Source: Myxococcota bacterium (GTDB taxonomy: Bacteria; Myxococcota_A; Polyangia; Nannocystales; Nannocystaceae). From it: a DNA stretch of 64,000 nucleotides. Made by a program: the position numbers and the translations under genes. The notes beneath the pieces are model-generated. The model was not told the origin of the DNA, did no database searches, and saw only the letters and a list, made by a program, of their open reading frames with translations. Positions 7,791 through 17,223 of the stretch are shown piece by piece; the first letter of the stretch is position 1; the number at the start of each line of letters is the position of its first letter. Location of the stretch: positions 64,001-128,000 of the forward strand of contig JBCCHT010000032.1 in assembly GCA_039028615.1 (NCBI GenBank), written 5' to 3'.

Positions 7791-10433
7791 CTACGGGAAC
7801 TGGGCCGTGTAGCGCTGGAGTCGAATGTTGCGGTCGGTGAACCCGACGTCGCCTTCGCTCCACACCCCGACGATCTCGTCCGCCCCGCGGATGGCCACGT
7901 CGGGCTCCTCCTGCAGACCGAAGACGGTGGGGTTGACGAGGAACTCGGTGTTGAAGGCCACACCCGCGTCGTCGTAGCGCTGGGCGAAGACCCCGGTGAG
8001 CACGCCGTCGTCGGCCGTCTGCCAGGCGATGACGAAGTCGCCGTCGGCGTTCACGGCCGCGGTCGGGTTGTTCTGGGCGCCTGCGGTGGTGGTGTTGACC
8101 CCGAACTCGTTGCCGAGCGGGACGCCCACCGCGTTGTAGCGACGGGCGAAGATCCCGGTGTTGCTGCCGTCCTGATCGTCGCTCGACCAGGTGACCACGT
8201 ACTCGCCGCCCGCGTTCATCCCGATGGCCGGGCCCTGCTGATCGAGGGTGTTGAACTGGTTGACCTGCTCTTCGACGTCGATGGGGACGCCGCCGGAGGT
8301 GAAGCGACGCATGAACACGCCGACGCCGTCGCCGTCCTGGTCACCGCCCGACTGCCACACCACGGTGAACTGGCCGCTGTCGGCGAGCTCGACCACGGGG
8401 AGGTTTTGGTTGTCGGAGGTCACCGAGTTGACCGTCTGCTCGCTGCCCGTGGGGACGCCCGCCGCGGAGAACTGGCGGCACACGATGTCGACGGTGGCTG
8501 GCTGCTCCTCCCAGCACACGACGAACTGACCGCCCGAGCCCATCGCGATGTCGGGCCGGCGTTGCTCGTTGTCCGGGGACTCGTTGACGACGATCTGGCT
8601 GCCGACGGGCGCGCCCCCGGTGTTGAAGCGCTGGGCGTAGATCCCGTTGCCGTCCGCGTCGGGGCCCTGCCAGGCGACCACGAACCCGGTGTCCTGCGCA
8701 TCGATGGCGGGGAAGGCCTGGTTGCCCGCGGTGGTCGCGTTGACGAGCACCTCGCCCGTGAGCAGCACGCCCGCCGCATCGTAGACGCGGAGGTAGACGC
8801 CCGCTCCGTCGCCGTCTTGTGGTGGATCGTTGACGGGGAAGCTCGCCCAGGTGGCGACCATATAGAGGCCGCTGGGCGGCGTGGCCACGGCCGGCTGCAC
8901 CTGGAAGTCGGGCAGCGTGGAGTTGACGAGGTACTCCGTGCCGACGGGGCAGGGCTGCGAGCACGGGCCCGCGCAGTCGATGCCGAGCTCGGTCCCGTTT
9001 TGTACGTCGTCTTCGCAGGTCGGAGCCTGGCAGACCCCGAGCACGCAGACGCCCTCGGTGCAGTCATTGCCCGTCAGGCAGTTCTCTCCGGGGACGCAGG
9101 TGGCTCCGCAGATGCCACCGCAATCGAGGTCGGTCTCGTCGCCGTTCTCCACGCCGTCGTCGCAGACCGGGGCATCGCATGTGCCTCCTGCACCGCAGAC
9201 GCCTTCGATGCAATCGCCACCGAGGTTGCAGTTCTCCCCGAACTCGCAGGTCGCACCGCACACGCCACCGCAGTCGAGGTCGGACTCGTCCCCGTTGGTG
9301 ACGCCGTCGCTGCAGTCGGGGGCGGAGCACTGGCCGAACTCGCAGACCGCCTCGACGCAATCGTTGGAGGAGTTGCAGTCCTGCCCCGGGTTGCAGGTGG
9401 CCCCGCAGACGCCACCGCAGTCGAGGTCGGACTCGTCGCCGTTCTCGACCCCGTCGTCGCAGAGCGGGCCGAGGCACATGCCCGCGTCGCAGACTCCGCT
9501 GCCGCAGTCGGTTCCGATGTCGCAGCTGCCACCGTCGGGGCAGGTGAAGCAGTCGGGACCGCCGCAGTCGACGTCGGTCTCGTCGCCGTTGAGGACCATG
9601 TCGATGCACGAGCCGGCGACGCAGGTTCCACCGTCGCAGACCCCCTGGGCGCAGTCGCTGCCGTCGGTGCAGGAGCTACCGTTGGGGCACACGTCGCACG
9701 AGCCACCGCAGTCGATGTCGGTCTCGTCGCCGTTGAGGGTCGTGTCGTCGCAGGCCGCCGAAGCGCAGAGCCCATCGGGGCCGCAGACCTGCGTGTCGCA
9801 GTCGGCTTCGGAGTCGCAGTTCTGGCCCGGCCCGCAGTTGGGACAGTCGGGCCCGCCGCAATCGACGTCGGACTCGAGGGTGTCCTGCATCTCGTTTTCG
9901 CAGGACGAGACCTGGCACTCGCCGTCGAGGCAGAACTCGCCTTCTTTGCAGTGGCCATCGACGCGGCAGCCCACCTGCCCGCACGCGTTGGGGCACGAGC
10001 CGCCGCAGTCGATGTCGTCTTCGTCTCCGTTTTGAAGTCCGTCGTAGCAGGTCGGTGTCTGGCAGAACCCACCGCTGCAGATCATCGTGTCGCAATCTTC
10101 GTTGGCACCGCACTGCCCACCGGGTCCGCACGGATCACAAGCGCCACCGCAATCGACGTCGGACTCGTCTTCGTCGAGCATTCCGTTTTCGCACGACGAC
10201 ACCTCGGCACCCGTCGAAGAGTCGGCGCCGCTGGTACTACTTCCACCTCCGGCGGTTCCACTGGACGCGCCTCCATCGAGACTCCCAATGCCCATCCCAC
10301 CATCGGCTGCAACGCCGCCATCATCTCCGCACGACAGCGTCGCCAAGGTAACCAGAAGTGGCGAATATCGGATTAGGTGGGCTCGTTTCACGTTGGTTAG
10401 GCCTGTCCAAGAATCAGGATTACGCACGATCAA
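7791..10433 (-). CDS. Lipoprotein with Cys-rich stalk and C-terminal 7-repeat beta-propeller
   Basis: Lipobox-like TLSC (alternative GTG start at 10391); about 8.5 repeats C.DG..NGDE.D.DCGG.C; seven VN.....Q..P.(V/I)A...G..VV.W repeats at ~7794-8942. Confidence 0.85.
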   Translation of the reverse strand: MIVRNPDSWTGLTNVKRAHLIRYSPLLVTLATLSCGDDGGVAADGGMGIGSLDGGASSGTAGGGSSTSGADSSTGAEVSSCENGMLDEDESDVDCGGACDPCGPGGQCGANEDCDTMICSGGFCQTPTCYDGLQNGDEDDIDCGGSCPNACGQVGCRVDGHCKEGEFCLDGECQVSSCENEMQDTLESDVDCGGPDCPNCGPGQNCDSEADCDTQVCGPDGLCASAACDDTTLNGDETDIDCGGSCDVCPNGSSCTDGSDCAQGVCDGGTCVAGSCIDMVLNGDETDVDCGGPDCFTCPDGGSCDIGTDCGSGVCDAGMCLGPLCDDGVENGDESDLDCGGVCGATCNPGQDCNSSNDCVEAVCEFGQCSAPDCSDGVTNGDESDLDCGGVCGATCEFGENCNLGGDCIEGVCGAGGTCDAPVCDDGVENGDETDLDCGGICGATCVPGENCLTGNDCTEGVCVLGVCQAPTCEDDVQNGTELGIDCAGPCSQPCPVGTEYLVNSTLPDFQVQPAVATPPSGLYMVATWASFPVNDPPQDGDGAGVYLRVYDAAGVLLTGEVLVNATTAGNQAFPAIDAQDTGFVVAWQGPDADGNGIYAQRFNTGGAPVGSQIVVNESPDNEQRRPDIAMGSGGQFVVCWEEQPATVDIVCRQFSAAGVPTGSEQTVNSVTSDNQNLPVVELADSGQFTVVWQSGGDQDGDGVGVFMRRFTSGGVPIDVEEQVNQFNTLDQQGPAIGMNAGGEYVVTWSSDDQDGSNTGIFARRYNAVGVPLGNEFGVNTTTAGAQNNPTAAVNADGDFVIAWQTADDGVLTGVFAQRYDDAGVAFNTEFLVNPTVFGLQEEPDVAIRGADEIVGVWSEGDVGFTDRNIRLQRYTAQFP

Positions 10434-10693
10434 TCACCATTTCAGGGCACTTTTCAGCGGAACGCTCGAGGAGGTTTGTTCTCGAACAGCGCGTTGCTCG
10501 CTTTGGATCTTCAGTTCGTTAGTCTTCAGCTCGAACCAGTTCTCCGATTGCTAGCCCCTCCGCAGGAACCTTGCTCGTCAACGATATCAGCTATCAAACG
10601 TGAGTGCTTTACGGATGGAAGATAGTTGGCATTTCGGGTATGAGGAAAACTGGAATCTTTATGACGGCTGTAAGACGGAAGGAAGGCCGCACC

Positions 10694-12964
10694 ATGAGCC
10701 GCTACGAGCTTGGTCTACTAGGGACCGTACTCATCGCCGCATCGGGGGGTGCGTGCGGTGGAGACGATACCGTTGCAATGTCTGCCTCGGCGGGAATGGG
10801 ATCAGGGGGTTCCCTGACGACGACGGCAACTGCAGCAACGGCAGCGAGCACCAGCGGAGGTGTTGGCGAAGCAACCGGAGACGACGGTGTCGGCTCGGGC
10901 AATGGCAATGAGGGTAGTGACAATGGCACTCCCGATGGCACCGGTAACGACACCACGGGTGGCACGTCCATGGGAGTCTCTGCATCGGCCACCGATGGCA
11001 CGGCAGACGACCAGGGCGATGGCATGGACACCGGATCCGACGATGGTGGACCGGGGCCCGTTCCGGGTCGCTTCCCCGGTGTCGAAGTAGGTTTGTGTGC
11101 TCCTCCGGGAACAGTGCGTTATTGCTACACAGGCTCCCCGCTCACGTACAACGTGGGCGAGTGTACTCCCGGAACCCAACAGTGTTTGGCGCTCGACCTC
11201 GATGTGGGTGAGTGGGGTGAGTGCGAAGGTGAGACATTGCCCGAGATGGAGGTCTGCGATGGCCTCGACAACGACTGCAATGGTGAGATCGACGATGGCC
11301 TCGGCACCACGATGTGCGGAATTGGGCCATGTGAACACGAGGTCGCCAATTGTGTGAATGGGGAGGAGCAGGTCTGCGATCCGCTCGATGGCGCGACGCC
11401 CGAGATCTGCGACCTTCAAGACAACGACTGTGACGGCGACATCGACGAAGGGCTCGGAGACGAGACCATCACCTGCGGTGTCGGTCAGTGTGAGCACGAG
11501 GTCTCCGCGTGCGAGGGCGGTATCGTGCCTCCCTGCGATCCCTTCGAAGGGGCATCGCCCGAGACCTGCGACGACGTCGACAACGACTGCGATGGAGCGA
11601 CCGACGAGGGGTTGCCCGACATCACGTGTGGGTGTGGCGTCTGCGACCACACCATCCCTTCGTGCATCAACGGGTTCCCTCAGGTCTGCGATCCCTTCGA
11701 GGGGGCGGGCCCCGAGGTCTGCGACGGGCTCGACAACGACTGCGACTGCATCGAGGACGAGGACCAGGGCAACTGGACCTGCGGCGAGAACGAGTGCGAG
11801 GTCACCGTGCCGCAGTGCATCGCGGGCGTGCCTCAGCCCGAGGACACCTGCGCGCCGATTCCGGGCGGCGACGAGATCTGCGGCGACGGCATCGACAACA
11901 ACTGCGACGGTGTCGCGCCGCCGTGCGCCGAGGGCTTCCTCGTCGGCACCGACACCGCGACCCGCCCGGTCGACGTGATCTGGGTGGTCGACTCCTCGGG
12001 CTCGATGGCGGCCGAGATGGCGACCGTCGAGGCGGAGATCAACTCGTTCGCCAACGACCTGGCGGCCTCGGGTTCGTCGACGCAGCTCCACCTCATCGCC
12101 GACCGTGGCCTCGAGAACTTCGAGATCTGCGTCGCGCCGCCGCTGGGCGGAGCCAACTGCACGGACAACCCGGGGGCGGGCTTTTGGCACTACGACACCA
12201 ACGGCGACGTCAACGGCAACGAGATGGTGCACTCGAGCAACGGCATCGGGCGGACCATGCAGCAGGCGTCCACGTGGATTCCGCGGCTGCAGCCCAACTC
12301 GTACATGGCGTTCATCTTCACCAGCGACGACAACGGGGACGACCCCGACTGGGAGATCGCCGACGGTGACCCCTCGGACGTCGACGACTGCGGTCCGGGC
12401 TTCATCTTCGACGGCACGGTCAACAACCTGTGCCGCTGGGTCGCCCCCGGCCCGCTCGACTACACCTCGCTCGCGTTCGACCACGCCGGCTACGGTGGCT
12501 TCGAGACGTTCATGAACAACTTCTTCCCGGGCACTACGCCCGAGGCGGACTGGGGCGTGTTCCCCATCATCGGCAACACCGGCACCACCGTGCTGTCGGG
12601 CGCCGACGACATGTACGAGTTCAACTCCTGCATCACCGGAGTCGAGGACGGCGAGGAGTACGTCAAGCTCGCACAGCTGACCAACACGCTGCCCTCGATG
12701 TTCTCGATCTGTGACGCACCTTGGGACCTCAGTGGGTTGGCCACCGACATCCTCAGCGGCGTGCCCAACGACCTGTACATCCTGGAAGGAGTCCCCGCTG
12801 GAAACTGCCTGATGATCGATCCCGCGACGATCACCGTGATCGTCAACGGTATCCCAATGCCGGCCGCCGACTGGACTTACGACGCGGCGAGTTGCACCCT
12901 TCAGATTCTCAACAACGTCCCCGTCATCGGTGACAATGTCGTCATCGTCTACGAGAACTTTTAA
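10694..12964 (+). CDS. Lipoprotein with E.CDG.DNDC.G repeats and vWA domain
   Basis: GGAAGG RBS before ATG 10694; lipobox GGAC; 5 E.CD..DN.C repeats; RPVDVIWVVDSSGSM MIDAS motif; C-terminal beta-rich segment. Confidence 0.85.
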   Translation: MSRYELGLLGTVLIAASGGACGGDDTVAMSASAGMGSGGSLTTTATAATAASTSGGVGEATGDDGVGSGNGNEGSDNGTPDGTGNDTTGGTSMGVSASATDGTADDQGDGMDTGSDDGGPGPVPGRFPGVEVGLCAPPGTVRYCYTGSPLTYNVGECTPGTQQCLALDLDVGEWGECEGETLPEMEVCDGLDNDCNGEIDDGLGTTMCGIGPCEHEVANCVNGEEQVCDPLDGATPEICDLQDNDCDGDIDEGLGDETITCGVGQCEHEVSACEGGIVPPCDPFEGASPETCDDVDNDCDGATDEGLPDITCGCGVCDHTIPSCINGFPQVCDPFEGAGPEVCDGLDNDCDCIEDEDQGNWTCGENECEVTVPQCIAGVPQPEDTCAPIPGGDEICGDGIDNNCDGVAPPCAEGFLVGTDTATRPVDVIWVVDSSGSMAAEMATVEAEINSFANDLAASGSSTQLHLIADRGLENFEICVAPPLGGANCTDNPGAGFWHYDTNGDVNGNEMVHSSNGIGRTMQQASTWIPRLQPNSYMAFIFTSDDNGDDPDWEIADGDPSDVDDCGPGFIFDGTVNNLCRWVAPGPLDYTSLAFDHAGYGGFETFMNNFFPGTTPEADWGVFPIIGNTGTTVLSGADDMYEFNSCITGVEDGEEYVKLAQLTNTLPSMFSICDAPWDLSGLATDILSGVPNDLYILEGVPAGNCLMIDPATITVIVNGIPMPAADWTYDAASCTLQILNNVPVIGDNVVIVYENF

Positions 12965-14035
12965 ATGAGTATCAGCGTTCAGACCCCACGTTCCTTTGGA
13001 TTCGTCTTGGCTGTCGTTGCTGCGGCGGGCTTCATGGCCTGCGGAGGAGGAGGCCAATCCGATGATGGCTCCTCGGATGGAGGCATCGATCTCACGGCAG
13101 GCACGGGCGGCTCCACCACCGGAGAACCCGACGACAGCCTCGACGATGGTGCCGACGACACGACCGGCGGGACCGAAGAAGGCCCGACCTTCCGCTGCGA
13201 CAGCGTCGACTTCGTTTTCGTCGTCGACAACTCGCCGAGCATGCTCGACGAACAGCAGTTCTTGGTGCAGGGCGTGCCCGGCTTCATCAGCGCGATGCAG
13301 AACGCATTGCCCAGCGTCGAGAGCCTCCGCGTCGGGGTGATCGACACCGACAGCTATCCCGGCTTGGGCACGCTCGAGGCTCCGCTCGATGGGTGCGACC
13401 CCGAGGCCGTCGACGACTGCAACGTCTGCGACTACCAGCTCGGGGCCTTCCTCACCAAGCCCGAGAGCGCGGTCGACTCGTCGCAGACCTGCGACTTCTC
13501 GACCGGGGCCAGCTACATGGACGGCACGGCCGAGACCTTCGCCAACGAGTTCGGCTGCGCCGCCATCGTGGGCGCGGTGGGCAATCCCATCGAGCAGCAA
13601 GCGGGCGCTCTGGTGGCCGCGGTCTCCGACGACCTGACGGACGCCGGGGCGTGCAATGAAGGCTTCGTTCGCGACGAGGCTCTGCTCGTGTTCCTCGTCA
13701 TCAGCGACGAAGAGGACAACTACGCGTCGCCGCCCGATCCACAGGGCGGTAGCTTCGGCGAGCCTGCCGACTGGTACGACGCACTGGTGGCCGCCAAGAA
13801 CGGGCGCGAGGCGAACGTCGTCGGTCTCGGCCTGCTCGGCGGGTCTCCCCGCTTCCCCGACTGCTCCGACTTGTCGCAGGGCGTCGACGGGGCCGAGCAG
13901 TCGTCGCGCTTGGTCGACTTCGTGGAGCGCTTCCCCACCAACTTCGTGGGCAGCGTGTGCAGCGATGGCTACGGCGGCTTCTTCCAGGAGGCGCTCGACC
14001 GCGTCGCCGAGGGCTGCGCCAACTTCATCCCGTAG
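12965..14035 (+). CDS. vWA-like domain lipoprotein
   Basis: Starts directly after upstream TAA; lipobox FMAC; VDFVFVVDNSPSM (DxSxS) and ISDEED. Confidence 0.82.
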   Translation: MSISVQTPRSFGFVLAVVAAAGFMACGGGGQSDDGSSDGGIDLTAGTGGSTTGEPDDSLDDGADDTTGGTEEGPTFRCDSVDFVFVVDNSPSMLDEQQFLVQGVPGFISAMQNALPSVESLRVGVIDTDSYPGLGTLEAPLDGCDPEAVDDCNVCDYQLGAFLTKPESAVDSSQTCDFSTGASYMDGTAETFANEFGCAAIVGAVGNPIEQQAGALVAAVSDDLTDAGACNEGFVRDEALLVFLVISDEEDNYASPPDPQGGSFGEPADWYDALVAAKNGREANVVGLGLLGGSPRFPDCSDLSQGVDGAEQSSRLVDFVERFPTNFVGSVCSDGYGGFFQEALDRVAEGCANFIP

Positions 14036-14115
14036 CACGGGTCACTTCGTCGCCCCGGGCTCGCCCGATGCTCCGCGCGTCGTGTGACCCGGGGCTGCGC
14101 TATGGTTCGTCGCGC

Positions 14116-15333
14116 GTGTCGGACCCGGTCACCGATCCCTTCTCCGCTGGTCGACTCGGTCCGATCACGCTGCGCAACCGCTTCATCAAGTCGGCGACCT
14201 ACGAGGGCATGAGCCCGGGTGGGGTGGCTTCGGAGGCGCTGGTGGAGCATCACCGTCGGTTGGCCGAGGGCGGGGTGGGGATGACGACGGTGGCCTACGC
14301 CGCGGTGCATCCCGACGGGCGGACCTTCGACGATCAGCTCGGCATGGTCCCCGAAGGGATCCCGGCGCTGCGGGCCCTGACCGACGCGGTGCACGAGGCG
14401 GGCGCCGCGGCGGCGGTGCAGCTGGGCCACTGCGGGTTCTTTAGCAAGCTGCGGCCGGCCGACGGCGGCCGCCCGCGCGGTCCCTCGCCCACCTTCAACA
14501 AGTACGGCGCCGCGTCGGGGTTGCCGTGGGCCCGGGCGATGACCGAGGCGGAGATCGAGGCCATCCCCGGGCAGTTCGTGGCGGCGGCCCAGGTCGCGGC
14601 AGAGGCGGGCTTCGATGCGGTGGAGCTGCACCTCGGGCACGGCTATCTGCTCAGCCAGTTCCTGAGCCCGGCCACCAACCGTCGTCGCGATGCGTGGGGG
14701 GGAAGCCCGTCGGCGCGGATGCGGCTGCCGCTGGAGGTCGTGCGGGCGGTGCGAGAGGCAGTGGGCGACTCGCTGGCGGTGACCGCCAAGCTCAACGTGG
14801 AGGATGGCTTTGCCGGAGGAGCGACGGTCGAAGACGCCTGTGCCCTCGCCGAGCAACTCGACGCGGCGGGGATCGATGGCCTCACCACCAGCGGCGGCTC
14901 GACCAGTCGCAACCCGTTGTTTCTGATGCGAGGGCAACGACCGCTGGCTGCGATGGTGGCGGTGGAGCGAAGCCGACTGCAGCGGGTCGCGCTGCGGCTG
15001 CTGGGGCCGGCCGTGCTGCGACGCTACCCCTTCGAGGAGACCTTCTTTCGGGCGCCGGGTCAGCAGCTGCTGGCGAGGGTGGAGTGCCCGGTGATCTTGC
15101 TCGGCGGGGTGGTCTCGCGGGCCAACGTGCAGCAGGCCATGGCCGACGGGTTCTCGTTCGTGCAGATGGGGCGCGCGTTGCTGGCCGATCCCGACCTCGT
15201 GCAGCGGTTCGAGCGAGGCGAGGCCGAGCGCACGCGCTGCACCGCGTGCAACCAATGCGTGGCCGCGATGGACGACGGCGGCGTGCGCTGTGTCCTGGAC
15301 GACCCCGAAGGCCGATTCCAAAAACGGACCTGA
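14116..15333 (+). CDS. NADH:flavin oxidoreductase (old yellow enzyme family)
   Basis: LRNRFIKSAT, QLGHCG, AGFDAVELHLGHGYLLSQFLSP.TN.R.D.WGG, GRALLADP, C-terminal CxxCxxC. Confidence 0.9.
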   Translation: MSDPVTDPFSAGRLGPITLRNRFIKSATYEGMSPGGVASEALVEHHRRLAEGGVGMTTVAYAAVHPDGRTFDDQLGMVPEGIPALRALTDAVHEAGAAAAVQLGHCGFFSKLRPADGGRPRGPSPTFNKYGAASGLPWARAMTEAEIEAIPGQFVAAAQVAAEAGFDAVELHLGHGYLLSQFLSPATNRRRDAWGGSPSARMRLPLEVVRAVREAVGDSLAVTAKLNVEDGFAGGATVEDACALAEQLDAAGIDGLTTSGGSTSRNPLFLMRGQRPLAAMVAVERSRLQRVALRLLGPAVLRRYPFEETFFRAPGQQLLARVECPVILLGGVVSRANVQQAMADGFSFVQMGRALLADPDLVQRFERGEAERTRCTACNQCVAAMDDGGVRCVLDDPEGRFQKRT

Positions 15334-15397
15334 GGCCGAAATGCGCCCAGACTGGCGCGCGGTGGGGTTTCTGGCAAGATGCATCGACGCGAACGCG

Positions 15398-15949
15398 ATG
15401 GAACTCGAAGCCCACATCACGGTGGCCTCGTTGCAGGGGCTCGATGCCGCGGCCGATGAACTCGGCCTTCGCGTCATCGACATCGTGCTCGATCGGGGCG
15501 CACACGTCAGCCAGCCGATGGTGACCTGGTCCGGGTCGACGAGTGTCGAAGGGGCACTCGAACGACTCTCCGAGATCCGCGAGCGACTGAGGGAGGCCGG
15601 GCACGAGGTCCTGCGTACGAAGCTCGAGGCACCGCCCGAAGAGCCCACGGAGCTTTATCTCGAGCAACACGTCAAGCTGCGGATCCCCGACGGGGTCGCG
15701 CTCGAGGGCCTGGCGCAGCTCGGCCGGTCGCACGGTGCCAATCTGTCCCGCAACGCTCGTCGTCGCGGTGATGGCTTCAGCTGGCGTTTCCTGACGCAGC
15801 GGCACCTGGGGCCCTGGTCGCACGCCCGCGCACCCTTCGACGCGCTGGTCGACGCGTTGCGAGCCGCGGGCTGGGCCGTCGACGCGCTGGAGCGCGAGGC
15901 GGTGTTGCTCGATACGGCCATCGAACTGGACGCGGGGTGGTTGTCATGA
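15398..15949 (+). CDS. Hypothetical protein with duplicated ExH module; partner of the downstream nucleotidyltransferase
   Basis: Two similar halves (EAHITV...LREAGHEV, EQHVKL...LRAAGWAV); ATGA overlap with the next gene. Confidence 0.7.
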   Translation: MELEAHITVASLQGLDAAADELGLRVIDIVLDRGAHVSQPMVTWSGSTSVEGALERLSEIRERLREAGHEVLRTKLEAPPEEPTELYLEQHVKLRIPDGVALEGLAQLGRSHGANLSRNARRRGDGFSWRFLTQRHLGPWSHARAPFDALVDALRAAGWAVDALEREAVLLDTAIELDAGWLS

Positions 15950-16944
15950 CGCTCGATGTCTTCAAGCAGTGTTTCGAATCTCGTTCCTTCCTGCCGGAAC
16001 TTCAGACGGGAGACCGCGATCAGGTCCACCTGTCCTTCGATCCCCCACGGGAGGCGGATACTCCAAAGACGGCGGGGCCGCCTCCGGGCGAGTCTTGGGA
16101 CGCGGGGCGTCTCCAGTTCGACCCCGCGATGAAGCACTTCATGAACGGCTGGCGCAGCGAGGCGCCCGAGCTCGACGAACCGGCCCGCACCCAGTGGCGC
16201 CGTGCTCACGGCGAGTTCATGGCCCATGTGCTGCAGCGGGTCGCAACCTCCCCGCTCTGCGAATCGCTCGTATTGCGGGGGAGCTCGGCGATGCCGTTTT
16301 GGGTGGGGAACCTGGCGCGGGAGCCCAAAGACATCGACTTCGTGGTGGTACCACCGTCGGTCGACATCCGTTCCGCGGAGGCAGGGCGCATTCGCGAACG
16401 CTTGCGCGAGCAGGTGGAGCAGCAGGCTCCCTCCGGGATCACGGTGATGTCCGATGCCACCGCCTTGTCGGAGATCTGGACCTACGATCGCGTGCCCGGG
16501 GAGCGGCTGGTCTTCACGTGGCGCTGCGGGGACTTTCCCTGGGCGCATACCCAGATCGATCTCGTCTACCGAGAGCAGCTCCCCGAGCCGCCGCGGCGAT
16601 TGCCCGAGCTGGGGGTGCTCGCGGCCGGGCCGGAGCTGTCGCTGGCGTGGAAGATTCTATGGCTCTGGGGCGACATGCACCCTCGAGCCAAGGATCTCTA
16701 CGACGCGATGGTGTTGGCCGAACGCTACTCGCTCAGCGAGGAACTCTTGCGACGGGTCTTCGGCGACGAAATCCGAGCCCGCAGGTTCTTGGACCTGACC
16801 AAGATCGACAACGATCAGCTGGAATGGGTCGGGATGCAGCAACGCTCACCCTGGACCGATTCGAGCAGGGCGCTCGCACGTAGCTGGTGGGAACGCCTGC
16901 GCGCGGCGGCCCCGCGCTTGGCCGACCCCACGCCTCTGAAGTGA
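15946..16944 (+). CDS. AbiEii/AbiGii-family nucleotidyltransferase (toxin-like)
   Basis: LVLRGS....W....AREPKDIDF (GS + DxD), SLAWK, RAKDLYD motifs. Confidence 0.8.
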   Translation: MTLDVFKQCFESRSFLPELQTGDRDQVHLSFDPPREADTPKTAGPPPGESWDAGRLQFDPAMKHFMNGWRSEAPELDEPARTQWRRAHGEFMAHVLQRVATSPLCESLVLRGSSAMPFWVGNLAREPKDIDFVVVPPSVDIRSAEAGRIRERLREQVEQQAPSGITVMSDATALSEIWTYDRVPGERLVFTWRCGDFPWAHTQIDLVYREQLPEPPRRLPELGVLAAGPELSLAWKILWLWGDMHPRAKDLYDAMVLAERYSLSEELLRRVFGDEIRARRFLDLTKIDNDQLEWVGMQQRSPWTDSSRALARSWWERLRAAAPRLADPTPLK

Positions 16945-17203
16945 AACTCGCTTCTACGCGGTCGGACAGGAGTCGGCCGAGGGCGAAGTCCTCTGGCAGA
17001 CCGGACACGACTTCGACGGGGAAGGCGCCGAGATCCAGTCGGTGACCATCGCCCCGGACGGTTCCATCGTGGCAGGCGGGACCGTCCCCTCGCGCCGCGG
17101 GCTCGGTTCGGAGTGCGGACGGGTGAAGTCACTTGTGGTTCGCCGGATGCGCCGAGTCGAACGGTCGACCGCGTGCAGCGGAGGCGCCAGAATGCTCGGG
17201 TGA
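16940..17203 (+). pseudogene. Startless fragment of a beta-propeller-repeat gene
   Basis: Frame reads RFYAVGQESAEGEVLWQTGHDFDGEGAEIQSVTIAPDGSIVAGG; preceded by TGA at 16937-16939 with no start codon before the motif. Confidence 0.45.
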
Positions 17204-17223
17204 CGGGGACGCCCTCCGGTCCG

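Noticed and set aside
3660..15333. Secondary-metabolite gene cluster around the halogenase
   Set aside because: No PKS, NRPS, RiPP precursor or carrier protein is present
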